Source: Pocillopora damicornis | Taxonomy: Eukaryota | Assembly: GCF_003704095.1 (NCBI RefSeq) | Contig: NW_020845558.1 | Span: forward strand, 620,001-684,000 | Reading direction: 5' to 3' | DNA: 64,000 nt | Shown here: positions 51,229 through 62,484 of the stretch, piece after piece | Layout of the letters: the number at the start of each line of letters is the position of its first letter | How positions within the stretch are numbered: position 1 is the stretch's first letter | Position numbers and translations under genes: made by a program | Notes under the pieces: generated by a model | Databases searched by the model: none | Told to the model about the DNA's origin: nothing | What the model saw: the letters and a program-made list of their open reading frames with translations, nothing else

Positions 51229-52683
51229 ATGGTTATTCATTACTTTCTAGCAAGAGCTTCCTTCGCTGTTTTTTCGTGTCTGGTTATTGTAAGAAACGGT
51301 CTGAAGAAACAATCACTCGATTTCTCGGGTGCCTTCGCTGCTGTTATAGTTGGGTTTATATTGACTCTGAGCAACTTGTGTTTCTTCGCCTCCTGCATAA
51401 CCTTTTTCCTAACGAGCTCTAAATTAACGAAGTTTAAATCGGACGTGAAGGAAAAAATCGAAGACGATTTCAAAAAAGGTTTGTCTTCATAATGCTAATT
51501 TTGTTTTAAAAAGCTAGATCAGGATTGACCTGTATTGTGATCAATTCGATCCGACCTTAATGTATGTAAACAAAGACGATAAAGCACAAGTAAGCGAATC
51601 ATTGATCTAGATATCCATGCAATGCCCATTTAAGTTTTGCCATTCTGGAAAAACACAGTGCTGCATGATCTACTTCATCTTTAAGAGGTAGAACTAGAGA
51701 TAGAAGTTATTTGTAGCAAAATGCCACAGAACTTTAAAATTGGTACCTGTTCCACATGGCATCATGTAAGGAGGAAGTGGCTAATTAAACCATTAAAAAA
51801 ACTAAAATGCATGTTTTGCGTGCAGTTCCCGCCATTGTGATGTTATCTGTTGATATGAATAATCCTGAGTATTAATTGATCTTTTAAAATGGTTGAACGC
51901 TATGACCCAATCGAGAGAGAAGCAAATCTTCAGTGTGATTGTTGTCAAAATTTCTTCGGAAGCATGTTTCTTACGATTGAGGTAACTTACTAGATTGTTT
52001 TCTACTCTGTCAATTTAATTCAGTTTTATCCATTTTGTTTTATAGGAGGCCAAAGGAATTGGATTCAAGTCTTTTGTAATGGTGGCATCCCAACATTACT
52101 GGCTCTATTTTACATGATCGATGTTGGTATTGGCGAACATGCGATTGATTATGCAAAGGATTTTACTGCATCAGTGCTTTCGGTTTCTGTGCTTGGATCA
52201 TTCGCTTGTAGCTGTGGTGACACGTGGGCCTCTGAAATAGGAACAGTGATGAGTTCACACGTTCCTTTGCTCATAACAACATTTTCAAAGGTCCCTGTTG
52301 GTACAAATGGAGGAGTCACAATAACAGGAACCATAGCAAGCATCCTTGGAGGCACAGTGATTGGGATTGCCTACTATATAACTTTACTGATGTTATTGAC
52401 TATCCGTAGAATTATAGCTGTTCCGCCTCAATGGCCAATTATTTTGATTGGTTGTTTAGGAGGCTTTTTGGGATCAGCATTTGACTCTTTACTAGGAGCC
52501 ACTCTTCAGTACTCAGGGTATTGTTCAGTGAAGAAATGTGTGGTTCACAAGCCATCCCCAACAGTTAAACACATATCTGGACGAGCCATCCTGGACAATC
52601 ATGCTGTTAACTTTGTATCTAGTCTTCTGATAAGTGTTGTAATGCCTGTAATAGGATACTTTCTATGGAGAGGGTTGATGTAG
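51229..52683 (+). CDS. TMEM19: Transmembrane protein 19 (DUF92), 2 exons, ~295 aa
   Basis: Exons 51229-51478 and 52046-52683 (phase-1 GT-AG intron). Motifs SLDFSGA, FFLTSSKLTK, GGQRNWIQVFCNG, GDTWASEIG, VPVGTNGGVT, DSLLGATLQYSG, ILDNHAVN. Confidence 0.93.
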
Positions 52684-52776
52684 ATAACAGAATCAAATTA
52701 GTGCTGAGTGGCATACAGGGTCCTAATCTAGTGAGATATTATCATCACTATTCTTATTTAAAGTTTGGGTCATTAA

Positions 52777-52993
52777 TTAACCCTCTACACCCTAACATTA
52801 ATATGCATATTCTCCACAACTGTTCTCTATACATTTCCTAAGGTGCTGATAAGGAGAATTTTATAAACAATCAAGAACTTTATTATTTGGTGATCATTTC
52901 CCTAATTCTGCTGACCTTAAAGTGTGATTCAGGGGTGACAGAGTGGGGAGAAATTAGATGTTAGTCACTTAGTCTTAGGGATCAAAAGGTGAA
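52777..52993. mobile_element. MITE, TTAACCCTT family (just 3' of TMEM19)
   Basis: TTAACCCTCTACACCCTAACATTAATATGCATATTCTCC; reverse-complement match to 176-377. Confidence 0.75.
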
Positions 52994-53104
52994 AGCACAA
53001 AATTGTTATGCAGAAAGTCATACATGAAGATACAGGAACGTGCTCATTTTCCTCTAAGCCATGGAGTGTAAGACTTCAACAATTATCCAAATGGCAATTT
53101 CAAA

Positions 53105-53430
53105 TAGCATATTGCCTCAAATAAGTGCCCTCGCTCTAATAATTGCTCCCTCCACAAAACTGCCCACCCCTTAGGCCATAAAATGAAACAACTGCCCCTC
53201 AGATAGCCACCCCTCCACCCCCACTATCTTAGATAGTAGGGATACAAGGAAAACCTGTTTCTATTGCCACCTTACTAATAAATTTGTAAGCTTCAACTAC
53301 AGCAGCATCAATACAAGGTAATAGTTTCATGAGCCTTCCCCCCTTAAATAAGCACCCTCCTTCCAATATGTACACCTCCTTTCAGCTGAAATTTGAAATA
53401 AGCACAGATGACATAGGTGCTTATCTATAT
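53105..53430 (-). repeat. Interspersed repeat family 2 (inverted copy)
   Basis: ATAGTAGGGATACAAGGAAAACCTGTTTCTATTGCCAC at about 53233 is the reverse complement of the sequence at about 27264-27301. Confidence 0.75.
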
Positions 53431-53728
53431 AGCATCCCTTTCAGCTTAGCTAGTATTATATCTCATTCAGGTCCCATTTTAAGAGATGTGAAGGACTCCA
53501 TAAGAGCTAGGTGTTGAATACTTTTTCCTTTCATATGAAATTTGCAAAAGAAAGGCCCCTGTGTGGACCTGTGCTTTATACTCGTATCTTAGAGGAGTAA
53601 TTCCAATAAGAACAAACAGTGATTATAGTGTGACATGGTGAAGGGATGATACTGTCAAAATTGAAGACTTTGACATTTTATTTCATCCATAGACATTATC
53701 ATCTGGTGGTAAACTCTGTGGTTGGGTT

Positions 53729-54480
53729 GTAATAATAATAATAATTTATAGACTTATATTGTGCAATTATCAATGTAAGAATTTTCAATTGCACATTACA
53801 ATTAAATGTTAAAAATTCAACCCCTACATTGATACTAAAAACTAAAAATAAATAAATAAAAATAAAAATAAAAAAAATTGTAAAAAAATTAAATAAATAA
53901 ATAAAAATGATCACTACGAAAATGTAAAAATATGAAATTAGATACAAAGAATTAAAAAGCTTTGGCAAATAAAAAAGTCTTAATGGCTCCTTAAACTTGT
54001 TTGAAGATTGGGTGTTTCTAATAGAGCCCAGAGGATCGTTCCACAATTTAGGGGCAGTGGCATGGAAAGATCAATCGCTGAGCGTGGTGAGTGTTTTACC
54101 CCTGCAAGGAGCAAGGAGTAAGCTGTCATTGGAATGGAAATCATATCTTCCGGTATCTATAACAGAAATCAGCTCACTTATGTAGGCCGGGGCAAGACCA
54201 TGTATTGCTTTAAGAGTAATTAAGATAATTTTAAAAACTATCTGATATTTTACAGGCAGCCAGTGTAATGATCTGAGCAGAGGTGTGATATGACAAAATC
54301 TGCTCTCCTGGAATATAAGGAGTGCAGCTGCATTCTGGACTCTCTGTAATTTGTGAAGATGGCACTTAGTAACTCCAGATAGGAGGCTGTTACAATAGTC
54401 CAAGTGGCTAGATATAAAGGCATGAATAAGTGTCTCCGTGCATTCCTTTGTTAAATATTTTCTAATGTGTTCTTGGATAA
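53729..54480 (-). mobile_element. 5'-truncated L2-clade LINE fragment
   Basis: ORF 54071-54511(-) ETLIHAFISSHLDYCNSLL...LQRVQNAAA...HITPLLRSLHWLPV is a classic L2 RT C-terminus, with a premature stop at 54071. T-rich 3' UTR and (TTA)n tail at about 53730-53746. Confidence 0.9.
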
Positions 54481-55209
54481 GATGGTTTACTCTTGCAATA
54501 CCTCTCCCCATCCCAGAGTGATAATGGGTATCTGAAAAATACTAACTTAAAGGAAAATAGGCAAAATATCTGGTTTAGGAGGAAAGGGAAATCCACCAAA
54601 AAGAAGTGACAATATTCTCAGTTGTGTTAAGTCTAAGGAACCAGGATTGGCTGTGGCAGTCATTGGGCTCTTATCCTTACTGGTTTTTTACATTAAATAA
54701 TCATCAAATTAAAAGCATTCTTTCTCTAGTGTCTATTGATTTAAATTTTTTTTATTATAAGTAATGAAATTATCCTTTGGTTAGGGACAGTTACCCAAGA
54801 TAACTCACATTTATTTTATTGCATATCAGCAACAAGAACAGTTACTCTAGCACTATTTAATATTTTGTGGTATTCTTAGTTTAAAGATGATCAACCATCT
54901 ATGATTGTTGTAAGTGAATATCCCAATGAAAACATTTTGAATAATTCAGTTGGTGTGAACATTTGAACATTTTTAGGAAAGTTTTAAATTTGCAGTAATG
55001 TTAAGGAATTGACAATAGACTAAATTTTAAATAATCCAAAGGTTCTTGTAACTCATTGAGGTAAAAGGTTGAAAATAATTTAAATGGAGTGTTTAAAGGT
55101 CTTTTATCTCCCAAGAAAGTCCCTTCTGATGCAGACAACAATGTTTTCATTGCATGCTGCATGAGTTGTTGAAAACCAAACAATTGAAATGGAGCTTCAC
55201 ACTTTTAAT

Positions 55210-56071
55210 NNNNNNNNNNNNNNNNNNNNNNNNNNNNNNNNNNNNNNNNNNNNNNNNNNNNNNNNNNNNNNNNNNNNNNNNNNNNNNNNNNNNNNNNNNN
55301 NNNNNNNNNTAGTATAAGCAAGAAAGGAGTGAAAAAATAAAAATAAATTGCATGAAAAAAAGACATGATTCTGAACCTTACATAGTTGCAAGATACAAAA
55401 CAATTCATAGAACAAATTGCACCNNNNNNNNNNNNNNNNNNNNNNNNNNNNNNNNNNNNNNNNNNNNNNNNNNNNNNNNNNNNNNNNNNNNNNNNNNNNN
55501 NNNNNNNNNNNNNNNNNNNNNNNNNNNNNNNNNNNNNNNNNNNNNNNNNNNNNNNNNNNNNNNNNNNNNNNNNNNNNNNNNNNNNNNNNNNNNNNNNNNN
55601 NNNNNNNNNNNNNNNNNNNNNNNNNNNNNNNNNNNNNNNNNNNNNNNNNNNNNNNNNNNNNNNNNNNNNNNNNNNNNNNNNNNNNNNNNNNNNNNNNNNN
55701 NNNNNNNNNNNNNNNNNNNNNNNNNNNNNNNNNNNNNNNNNNNNNNNNNNNNNNNNNNNNNNNNNNNNNNNNNNNNNNNNNNNNNNNNNNNNNNNNNNNN
55801 NNNNNNNNNNNNNNNNNNNNNNNNNNNNNNNNNNNNNNNNNNNNNNNNNNNNNNNNNNNNNNNNNNNNNNNNNNNNNNNNNNNNNNNNNNNNNNNNNNNN
55901 NNNNNNNNNNNNNNNNNNNNNNNNNNNNNNNNNNNNNNNNNNNNNNNNNNNNNNNNNNNNNNNNNNNNNNNNNNNNNNNNNNNNNNNNNNNNNNNNNNNN
56001 NNNNNNNNNNNNNNNNNNNNNNNNNNNNNNNNNNNNNNNNNNNNNNNNNNNNNNNNNNNNNNNNNNNNNNN
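55210..56071. other. Two assembly gaps (55210-55309 and 55424-56071)
   Basis: Runs of N. Confidence 1.
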
Positions 56072-57847
56072 AAAATAAGGAATTTTTTTCCTTGCTCTCT
56101 ATTGTACTAAAATTTGGTGAAAATTCTGTTAAGTGAGCACATAGTTAAGATTGTTTTGGACATTCAATCAGAAATCAGACAATAAACACGTATTTTCAGT
56201 TCAGCCTTAAGTGATCAAAGAAACACTTTGATTATTTCAACTGTTAGTTTGAACTTTCAAGATCATTTTGGGAACATTACCAAGAACATTATAGCCTACA
56301 TGTAGCCCACTCTTGAAATGGAAACCAACTAAGATTAATTTACTGCTCTCAACTATCAATGCAAACAGTCACAAGTTTGTGGTCTAGCAGGACTCAGCTG
56401 TCAATGGCAACTATTGTCTTAAAGCAACATGTATAACTTTTCTTTTATGGAAATGAGCTAAGCAACCCAGGTTTCTACAACAAGAGCCTGTAGAAACCAA
56501 GTAACGCTTCTAAGGGTTCAGCTTTGAGCTACTAATTGAGAATGCAAATACTATTTACACAAAAGTAAGGGCAGAGATTGTCATTTGGCTTGGCCTATTT
56601 ACAATGCACGGGAGGTAAAAAGCAAAGGAGAAGGTAAGTTAGAATTAATTCCTATAAGGATCTGAGTTTTCTGAGTGTATTCCTTTGCAATTCAGCCATT
56701 CAAGATTGTGCTGATGATCCCAAGAAGCTGTTATCAAATAAAATCCTGTTTTTATAGAACTCAATACATCATTTCTTTTTTTGTTCCTCTTGCTTCCTTA
56801 CAACAATGTCATTATTGTGGAGAGGCCTATTGAACTCAGTTACCTTGACAAAAATCAAGCTACCTTGGATTACCAGTAATTACCAAACTATGCATCGAAT
56901 CAAAGCTAAAAGAAAGGTCTCAGCCCCCTCCCACACCCCCTTTTAATTTTGGATATCACTTCAATATAAACATGTCTCAAAAAATTGTTTGTTATTACGC
57001 GAGGAGGGTGTGGGATACAATAGAATCCACAAATATCAAAATTTTCTATCCCTGTGATCAAAGTTTTTTCTCACAATTATTATCTCCACAGTTAGTATTA
57101 TTATCGATACAAAGGACATTGAAGAACATTGATAACAGTTTCACAGAACATCTTTCCAAAAAGTCGTATTTCATGAACCAAATAACATTACAACTTGAAG
57201 CAACTTACAAAAACTTCAGTCAAAGATTTCTCATCATCCCACATCTTATGAGCTAACGGATGACATTTCAACAGTCTATTAAGCCCCCAAAACCAATCAC
57301 CACCCATGTCATCAGTATCGATCTCCAGGTTCTGGAGCAAGTAAAGCAATGAGTAAAAAGGAACTGAAACACATGTCTCAGCTACAATGACAAGATTGGA
57401 TTGCTTTGTCACTGCTCTGTTGACAACTTTCTGAGATTTCAGACTGACTGAAAAAAAGTCATTCAATAAAGAAACAATATTCTTAGTAGCAGGAAGTTTA
57501 GCAGGCAATTACATTTTCATCCTCTCCTTTTGAAATTGCACTTTGATGTCCCTAAGGATGCTAAAATACAAGTAAATGTGGCTAAGGACATGTACAGCTG
57601 TGAAGGATGCTTCTTATTGCTTCCATCTTCACAGCTGAATCATCCACAAAGGTTTGTGAAACTTCTAAGTCCACCTTTCTTTATATGAAAATCACATAAA
57701 TAGAAAACTGTTTGAAAATCTTGACTCCCTTATAACCAGACTATTCCAGATGTTAAACCATTGATTTTTAAGTGAAAATTAAGAGACACAAATTATTTGG
57801 CATAATTTTAGAAATAAAAATAATATCATTATTATTAAGAAATTACA

Positions 57848-59666
57848 TCATGTTTTCCGAGTGGCCAAGAAAACAGCCATGGTTCCTAACAAAAGCACAA
57901 TACCAACTGTGTACCAGCTGGGTTCTGACAGGCGAAAATCCATCACAGCTCTCTGCAAAAAGGAAAATGCAAGATTACACAAAGTTCATTCTGACCTAAA
58001 ACAAACACTTTCTCTGTACAATCAATAACAAAATCTGGTTCAATTTACATATGGTTGCTGTTATAGGAAAATTTTATTCCCATGTCATGACCATAGGACC
58101 ATGAACAATTTGAATTCCAGGAGGATCCAATCCTGAAACCTTCATAATTAGAAACCATGGTAATGGCCTTGCTGACCTTAACGTATCCACAGCTCAGTAA
58201 TAGAGCACTGGTGCAAAGAATCCAAATTTCAATTGCCTCATGGAGAATTTTTTTCTTTGTCAACACTCACAACAAGACAAAACATCTCTCTCTACTGAGA
58301 CCTTCTTATTTCCCAGTCTGATGCTCTGTTGCTGCACTACAGAAAACTTGTTTGTAAGCAAACATTATTTATAGTAGGTGACTTCTACAGGACTCAGATT
58401 TTTTTGTCTCCCACTTCTAGTAAGCAATTAACACCTTCCTCAAAAACTTTTCGCATTTTTCCCTAGTTATTATTTCCAAGTCATTCCATTGATGCAACAC
58501 ATATTGCTGATGCAATATTTCTATAGAAACAATATTTTCAAGAAGCTTTCATTTTAACCCCTTTCCATCAAAAGTCACCCTACACAAACATTAGTAACTT
58601 TCTTTTAACCTGATACCTGATATAATTTCCTTGAAATGGATGTACTAAGTTTCAAATTGGCGCATTAATGAGCACTTTCTGAGCTGTCAAAATTTCGCTT
58701 AAAGTCAATGCCGGTCACTAAAAGACGCATCAAAAAGAAACTCGAAAAAAATAATCGAAAAATCTGATTCATCTGCACACACAATGAAACAAGTTTACAC
58801 ACTGATCAATGAAGCACACAACACATTATTATCAAACGACTACACGCATATTAGCGTGCATTTACACCCCAACAATCGATCGACAAGAGTCTTATTTAAA
58901 CAAGCAGATTAAGAAATAACAAGGAATTACGGATATTTCTAAACGAACTCAATCCATTGAGAAATAAACAATGAAGGGGATATCGAGCAGAGAGAAGGGT
59001 GAGATTATTCTAGACTTTTTACCAAAAGTCATTAGTTAGCTCCATACATCCCTCAATATCGAGTAACCGACATTTTACAGTGAATCTAACAATCAATCTT
59101 ACCCATCCTCCATGCTGAGCAATCCAGCGAGCGATCCGCTCTTTGAAGATAAAATCCACCACAAATCGTATGATTCTACGTAGAAAACTACCACTAAAAC
59201 CTCTGCGTATGACAGTCACGGCAATTTCGTAGCCAAAGCAAAGAAGAGCAACCACTCTTCCCCAGTTTATACCTGTACGAAACAACCTCCGAGCGACTGC
59301 GGCAAATGTCTCGTAGGCCGTTGCTGGCGTTAGGCTTAATGAGTCTATCATATCCTTGAATTGATCTTTGTATTTAGCATCTATTTCATCGCCTATCTCT
59401 CCGAGGCGTCTACCGATAACTGGTACATGCTGTGAAAATGGATGGATGTCATTGCAAGAACGCAATTCTTCCAGCGCGTCTGGACGTGCGCTGGCCGAAG
59501 GACTGTCCATTTCACCATGTTCTTCTCCTCTTTGTGTCTCATCCTGATAGCGTTGGAACATAAAATGTCTGAAAATCCCTTCAGTATCTTGGAATACAGT
59601 TCTTTCGTCCTCGTTAGGCGGAATATCCTGATTATTTTCACTAGAGTCTCCTCCACCTGAAGCCAT
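57848..59666 (-). CDS. BAK1: Bcl-2 family pro-apoptotic effector, BAK orthologue, 2 exons, ~222 aa
   Basis: Exon 59666-59103 contains QDTEGIFRHFMFQRYQ (BAK alpha1-like), BH3 IGRRLGEIGDEID, BH1 NWGRVVALLCFGY and BH2 WIAQHGGW, with the family-typical intron right after GGW. Exon 57952-57848 encodes RAVMDFRLSEPSWYTVGIVLLLGTMAVFLATRKT*, a tail anchor with a basic end. Confidence 0.92.
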
Positions 59667-61533
59667 TTTTCCCACACTACCAAATCTCGACGCTTTTGAA
59701 CTGACTGTACAGTACGCCAGCGGAAACTGCCAAACGTCCCGTTGACGATCCCGCTGTCCGGGACGAGCAAACAAGAGAGATTGGCGCGGTTTCGGCCACC
59801 CATGTAATGAAAATAGACATAAGTGACCTTCGCGTGAAATTCGCGTGCAATTCGCATTTTCATTATTCAATCTAAACTTATATAGGTAGTTGACGCAAGA
59901 GTGTAGCCGTGACGCTCTCTTCTATAAAAAAATCTAAGTAACGCAAAACAAGAACAAAGACAAAAAAGGACCAAAACAAACAAACAAACAAACAAATAAA
60001 CAAACACGTGAAAAATGTAACTTTCCGCTTCATTGTTCTTTAAAACCAAAATGAAGGCAATTACAGTTCTTGAACCTTTTTTTATCCTTTATCAGCGACA
60101 TTCTTGCTGAAAAAATTGACCATCAATCTACGAGATACATACCCTAATGCGGCGATCTGATCGGTGCGAGCAACATAACACTCTACACACTAACATAGTT
60201 ATTTTTTTTACATAAAAAAATAATAATAATAATAAATATTAAAAAAGGTGAGGCGGCCTCTGTTTTTCCCTAAACTTCGGAAAAAACTGTCTTCCCATTC
60301 GTCAGGGATTGTACCAAAAATTTTTCCCCGAGGGTAGTGAGTCCCTCGCAAGTAGTTTGGAATTAAATTCCATAATAAATCTAGTTCACTAATAAGAATG
60401 CCTCTCTCCCTTGAGCGTTACAGCGTAACTTTGGGAAAAACTTGGTCTCTCGTTTTCCGTAAACTGAGAGTAGAGTATGCCAATTAGCCTCTCGTGTTCC
60501 CTAAACTCGGAGAAATCTCTCCACCCCCCCCCCCTTACCGTTCCTTTTTGGCAGCATCAAAAACGTCATCACTTCCCGTGAAGGGTAGTAAGTCCTATAA
60601 CATCTGTTTGGAACTAAGTCCTACTCCTCCTCTCCCCCCACTCTTAGGTTAGCTCCTAGAGATCCTGGGAAGTGACCAGTCTTAGTGCTTGTTGTTTTAA
60701 TTTTGTTTAAAAAAAAAATAAAAACCTCGCTAAGCGCTGAGAAGCACGGAATATCATGAGAAGTTGGTCAAAAATTTTGTATACGTGACTATGCATAGCT
60801 TTGCTCTTAGTCATAGCTTGTGTGACAATTGTTTCTTTGTTAGAATTTGGTTGAAAGATGCGATTAGATAACTATAAAAATATTTCTCTTTTCTCTAGGA
60901 ACGAGGGAACTGTGCTTCCTTTCCTATCTCGTATTTCACTCAACTTTTGAGGATGTGTATTTAACCTTTAATGTAGGAAAGTGCGACTATTTATTTTAAA
61001 TTGTGACGTTTTGGAAATGACACAATTTATTTTAGAATACAGTTGTTAATTTTCGCCACCTGCTCGTCAAACATGACACAATGGTCAAAACCGTTAGCAA
61101 ATGTTTGCTGTTAACTCGTTAAATGCTGTGATGTCATTGGTTTAATATCATTCAAGGCTAGGAGCGACAACCGAGAAAGTCCTTTGTTTTTTTATTTTCG
61201 TTTTGAAAAGACTGCATTGAAGCTTGAAGAATTCTTGGGTGTTTTTCTTTTCTCGATTTAATGAAAGGCATTATAATGCCGGAGACAGTCATTAAGTACT
61301 CATGGGTTTTTGGTTCGAAACAAAGAGCTGAAAATTGCCTGCGGTGCGTTTTCGGTTCTGTTATTCTGGGGCTTTGATAGTTATCATAAATTTATGAGCT
61401 TCAAGTTTTCACCATGGCTACGACTGGTTTATCACAAGAAGTTACTCTCGGACATATATCACTTTTGCGGTGTAAAGATACAGTGCGGAAACGTGTCGAC
61501 GCGACTGTTTACCACTGAGCCGTTAAAGCAGGA

Positions 61534-62484
61534 ATGTCAGCGTCAAAAAAACAAGTTCGCTTTACTGAAGCAGCAGAGGGAAGGTTTTCTTCATTAGACG
61601 AAACTTTACATACACAAAAGTTAGAAACACCAAATGGTAACAAGAAAAAGAAGAAAAAGAAAAAGACTAAGCTGCAAGGGCTAAAATCGGAGAAGAAAAA
61701 GCTCCAAAGAGACCTGAAGGAAACAAGGCACGGAATATTGAAAGACAACGAACGAAAAGCAAGCCCGGATTATACTCCGTATGAGAATCGCCAAAGACTA
61801 GCACGTACAACGAGCGACACTCTTTCCAAGCTGAAAAAATTGGAGGGACAAATAACAACAAAAGAAAAGGAGAAGAAAGCGAAAATCCAGGGAAGATTGC
61901 AAACTAAGCTGAAGAAAAGATCCATTAGAGCGGATAAACAACACAGTCGACTGATTAAAATGACTACACGACTGGAAAGAATGAAACTAGGCGAAGATGA
62001 ACTCCGCGCTGAAATAGCACGAGAAGCTAAGGAGCAAGATGAAGAAAATTTGCGTCCCGCATCAGAGCCAAGAATTCGACTACCCCATATATCTGCCACT
62101 TCAGACGATTGGATGAGGCAAACAGAGGGGAAAAGTGAGGCATCATTGTCTGACTTTGGAACAGAAGGAGAGAAAGATTATTCTCGTCCCACCTCTGCTT
62201 TAAGCGAATCTGCACTTCAACTAAGCTCCAGGGAGAAGGAAATCGTAGCGAATAAGCTCGCTCATAAGTATGACATGACTCGTGAACTGAGAAACACGAT
62301 TCACGAACACATGATATCACGCTCGTACAGTTTCTCGTACTTCAATATAATACCTCCTTACAAGCGGAGAAAACCCAAGCCACAGAAAACTAAACAAGTT
62401 TTCAATCGCCTGGTTTACGAGGATAAAATTGGAGTTATGGATTTCAGCAAGTCATACCCCAAAAAAGTTGTCTTAAGTGCGTGA
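61534..62484 (+). CDS. Uncharacterised lysine-rich coiled-coil protein, 316 aa, single exon
   Basis: 951-nt ATG-initiated ORF in AT-rich DNA, with charged coiled-coil composition and an aromatic C-terminal block (HMISRSYSFSYFNIIPPYK). AATAAA at about 62674. No family recognised. Confidence 0.75.
   Translation: MSASKKQVRFTEAAEGRFSSLDETLHTQKLETPNGNKKKKKKKKTKLQGLKSEKKKLQRDLKETRHGILKDNERKASPDYTPYENRQRLARTTSDTLSKLKKLEGQITTKEKEKKAKIQGRLQTKLKKRSIRADKQHSRLIKMTTRLERMKLGEDELRAEIAREAKEQDEENLRPASEPRIRLPHISATSDDWMRQTEGKSEASLSDFGTEGEKDYSRPTSALSESALQLSSREKEIVANKLAHKYDMTRELRNTIHEHMISRSYSFSYFNIIPPYKRRKPKPQKTKQVFNRLVYEDKIGVMDFSKSYPKKVVLSA

Noticed and set aside
53699-54046. Hydrophobic 115-aa ORF
   Set aside because: Derived from the T-rich LINE 3' UTR and (TTA)n tail.
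55147-56136. Long ORFs in the track at 55147-56136, 36003-36275 and 63335-63763
   Set aside because: Artefacts of N runs (assembly gaps).
57188-57508. ORF considered as the second BAK exon
   Set aside because: Candidate acceptors give a stop or no transmembrane tail in phase 0; the exon at 57952-57848 fits much better.
58188-58240. tRNA-like AGCTCAGTAATAGAGCACTG segment
   Set aside because: Only an A-box/D-arm-like piece with no T-arm or cloverleaf; at most a decayed SINE head.
59019-59870. 283-aa single-exon BAK ORF as listed in the track
   Set aside because: It starts at a TTG and runs into the intron. The spliced model (ATG 59666, second exon 57952-57848) gives a proper tail anchor.
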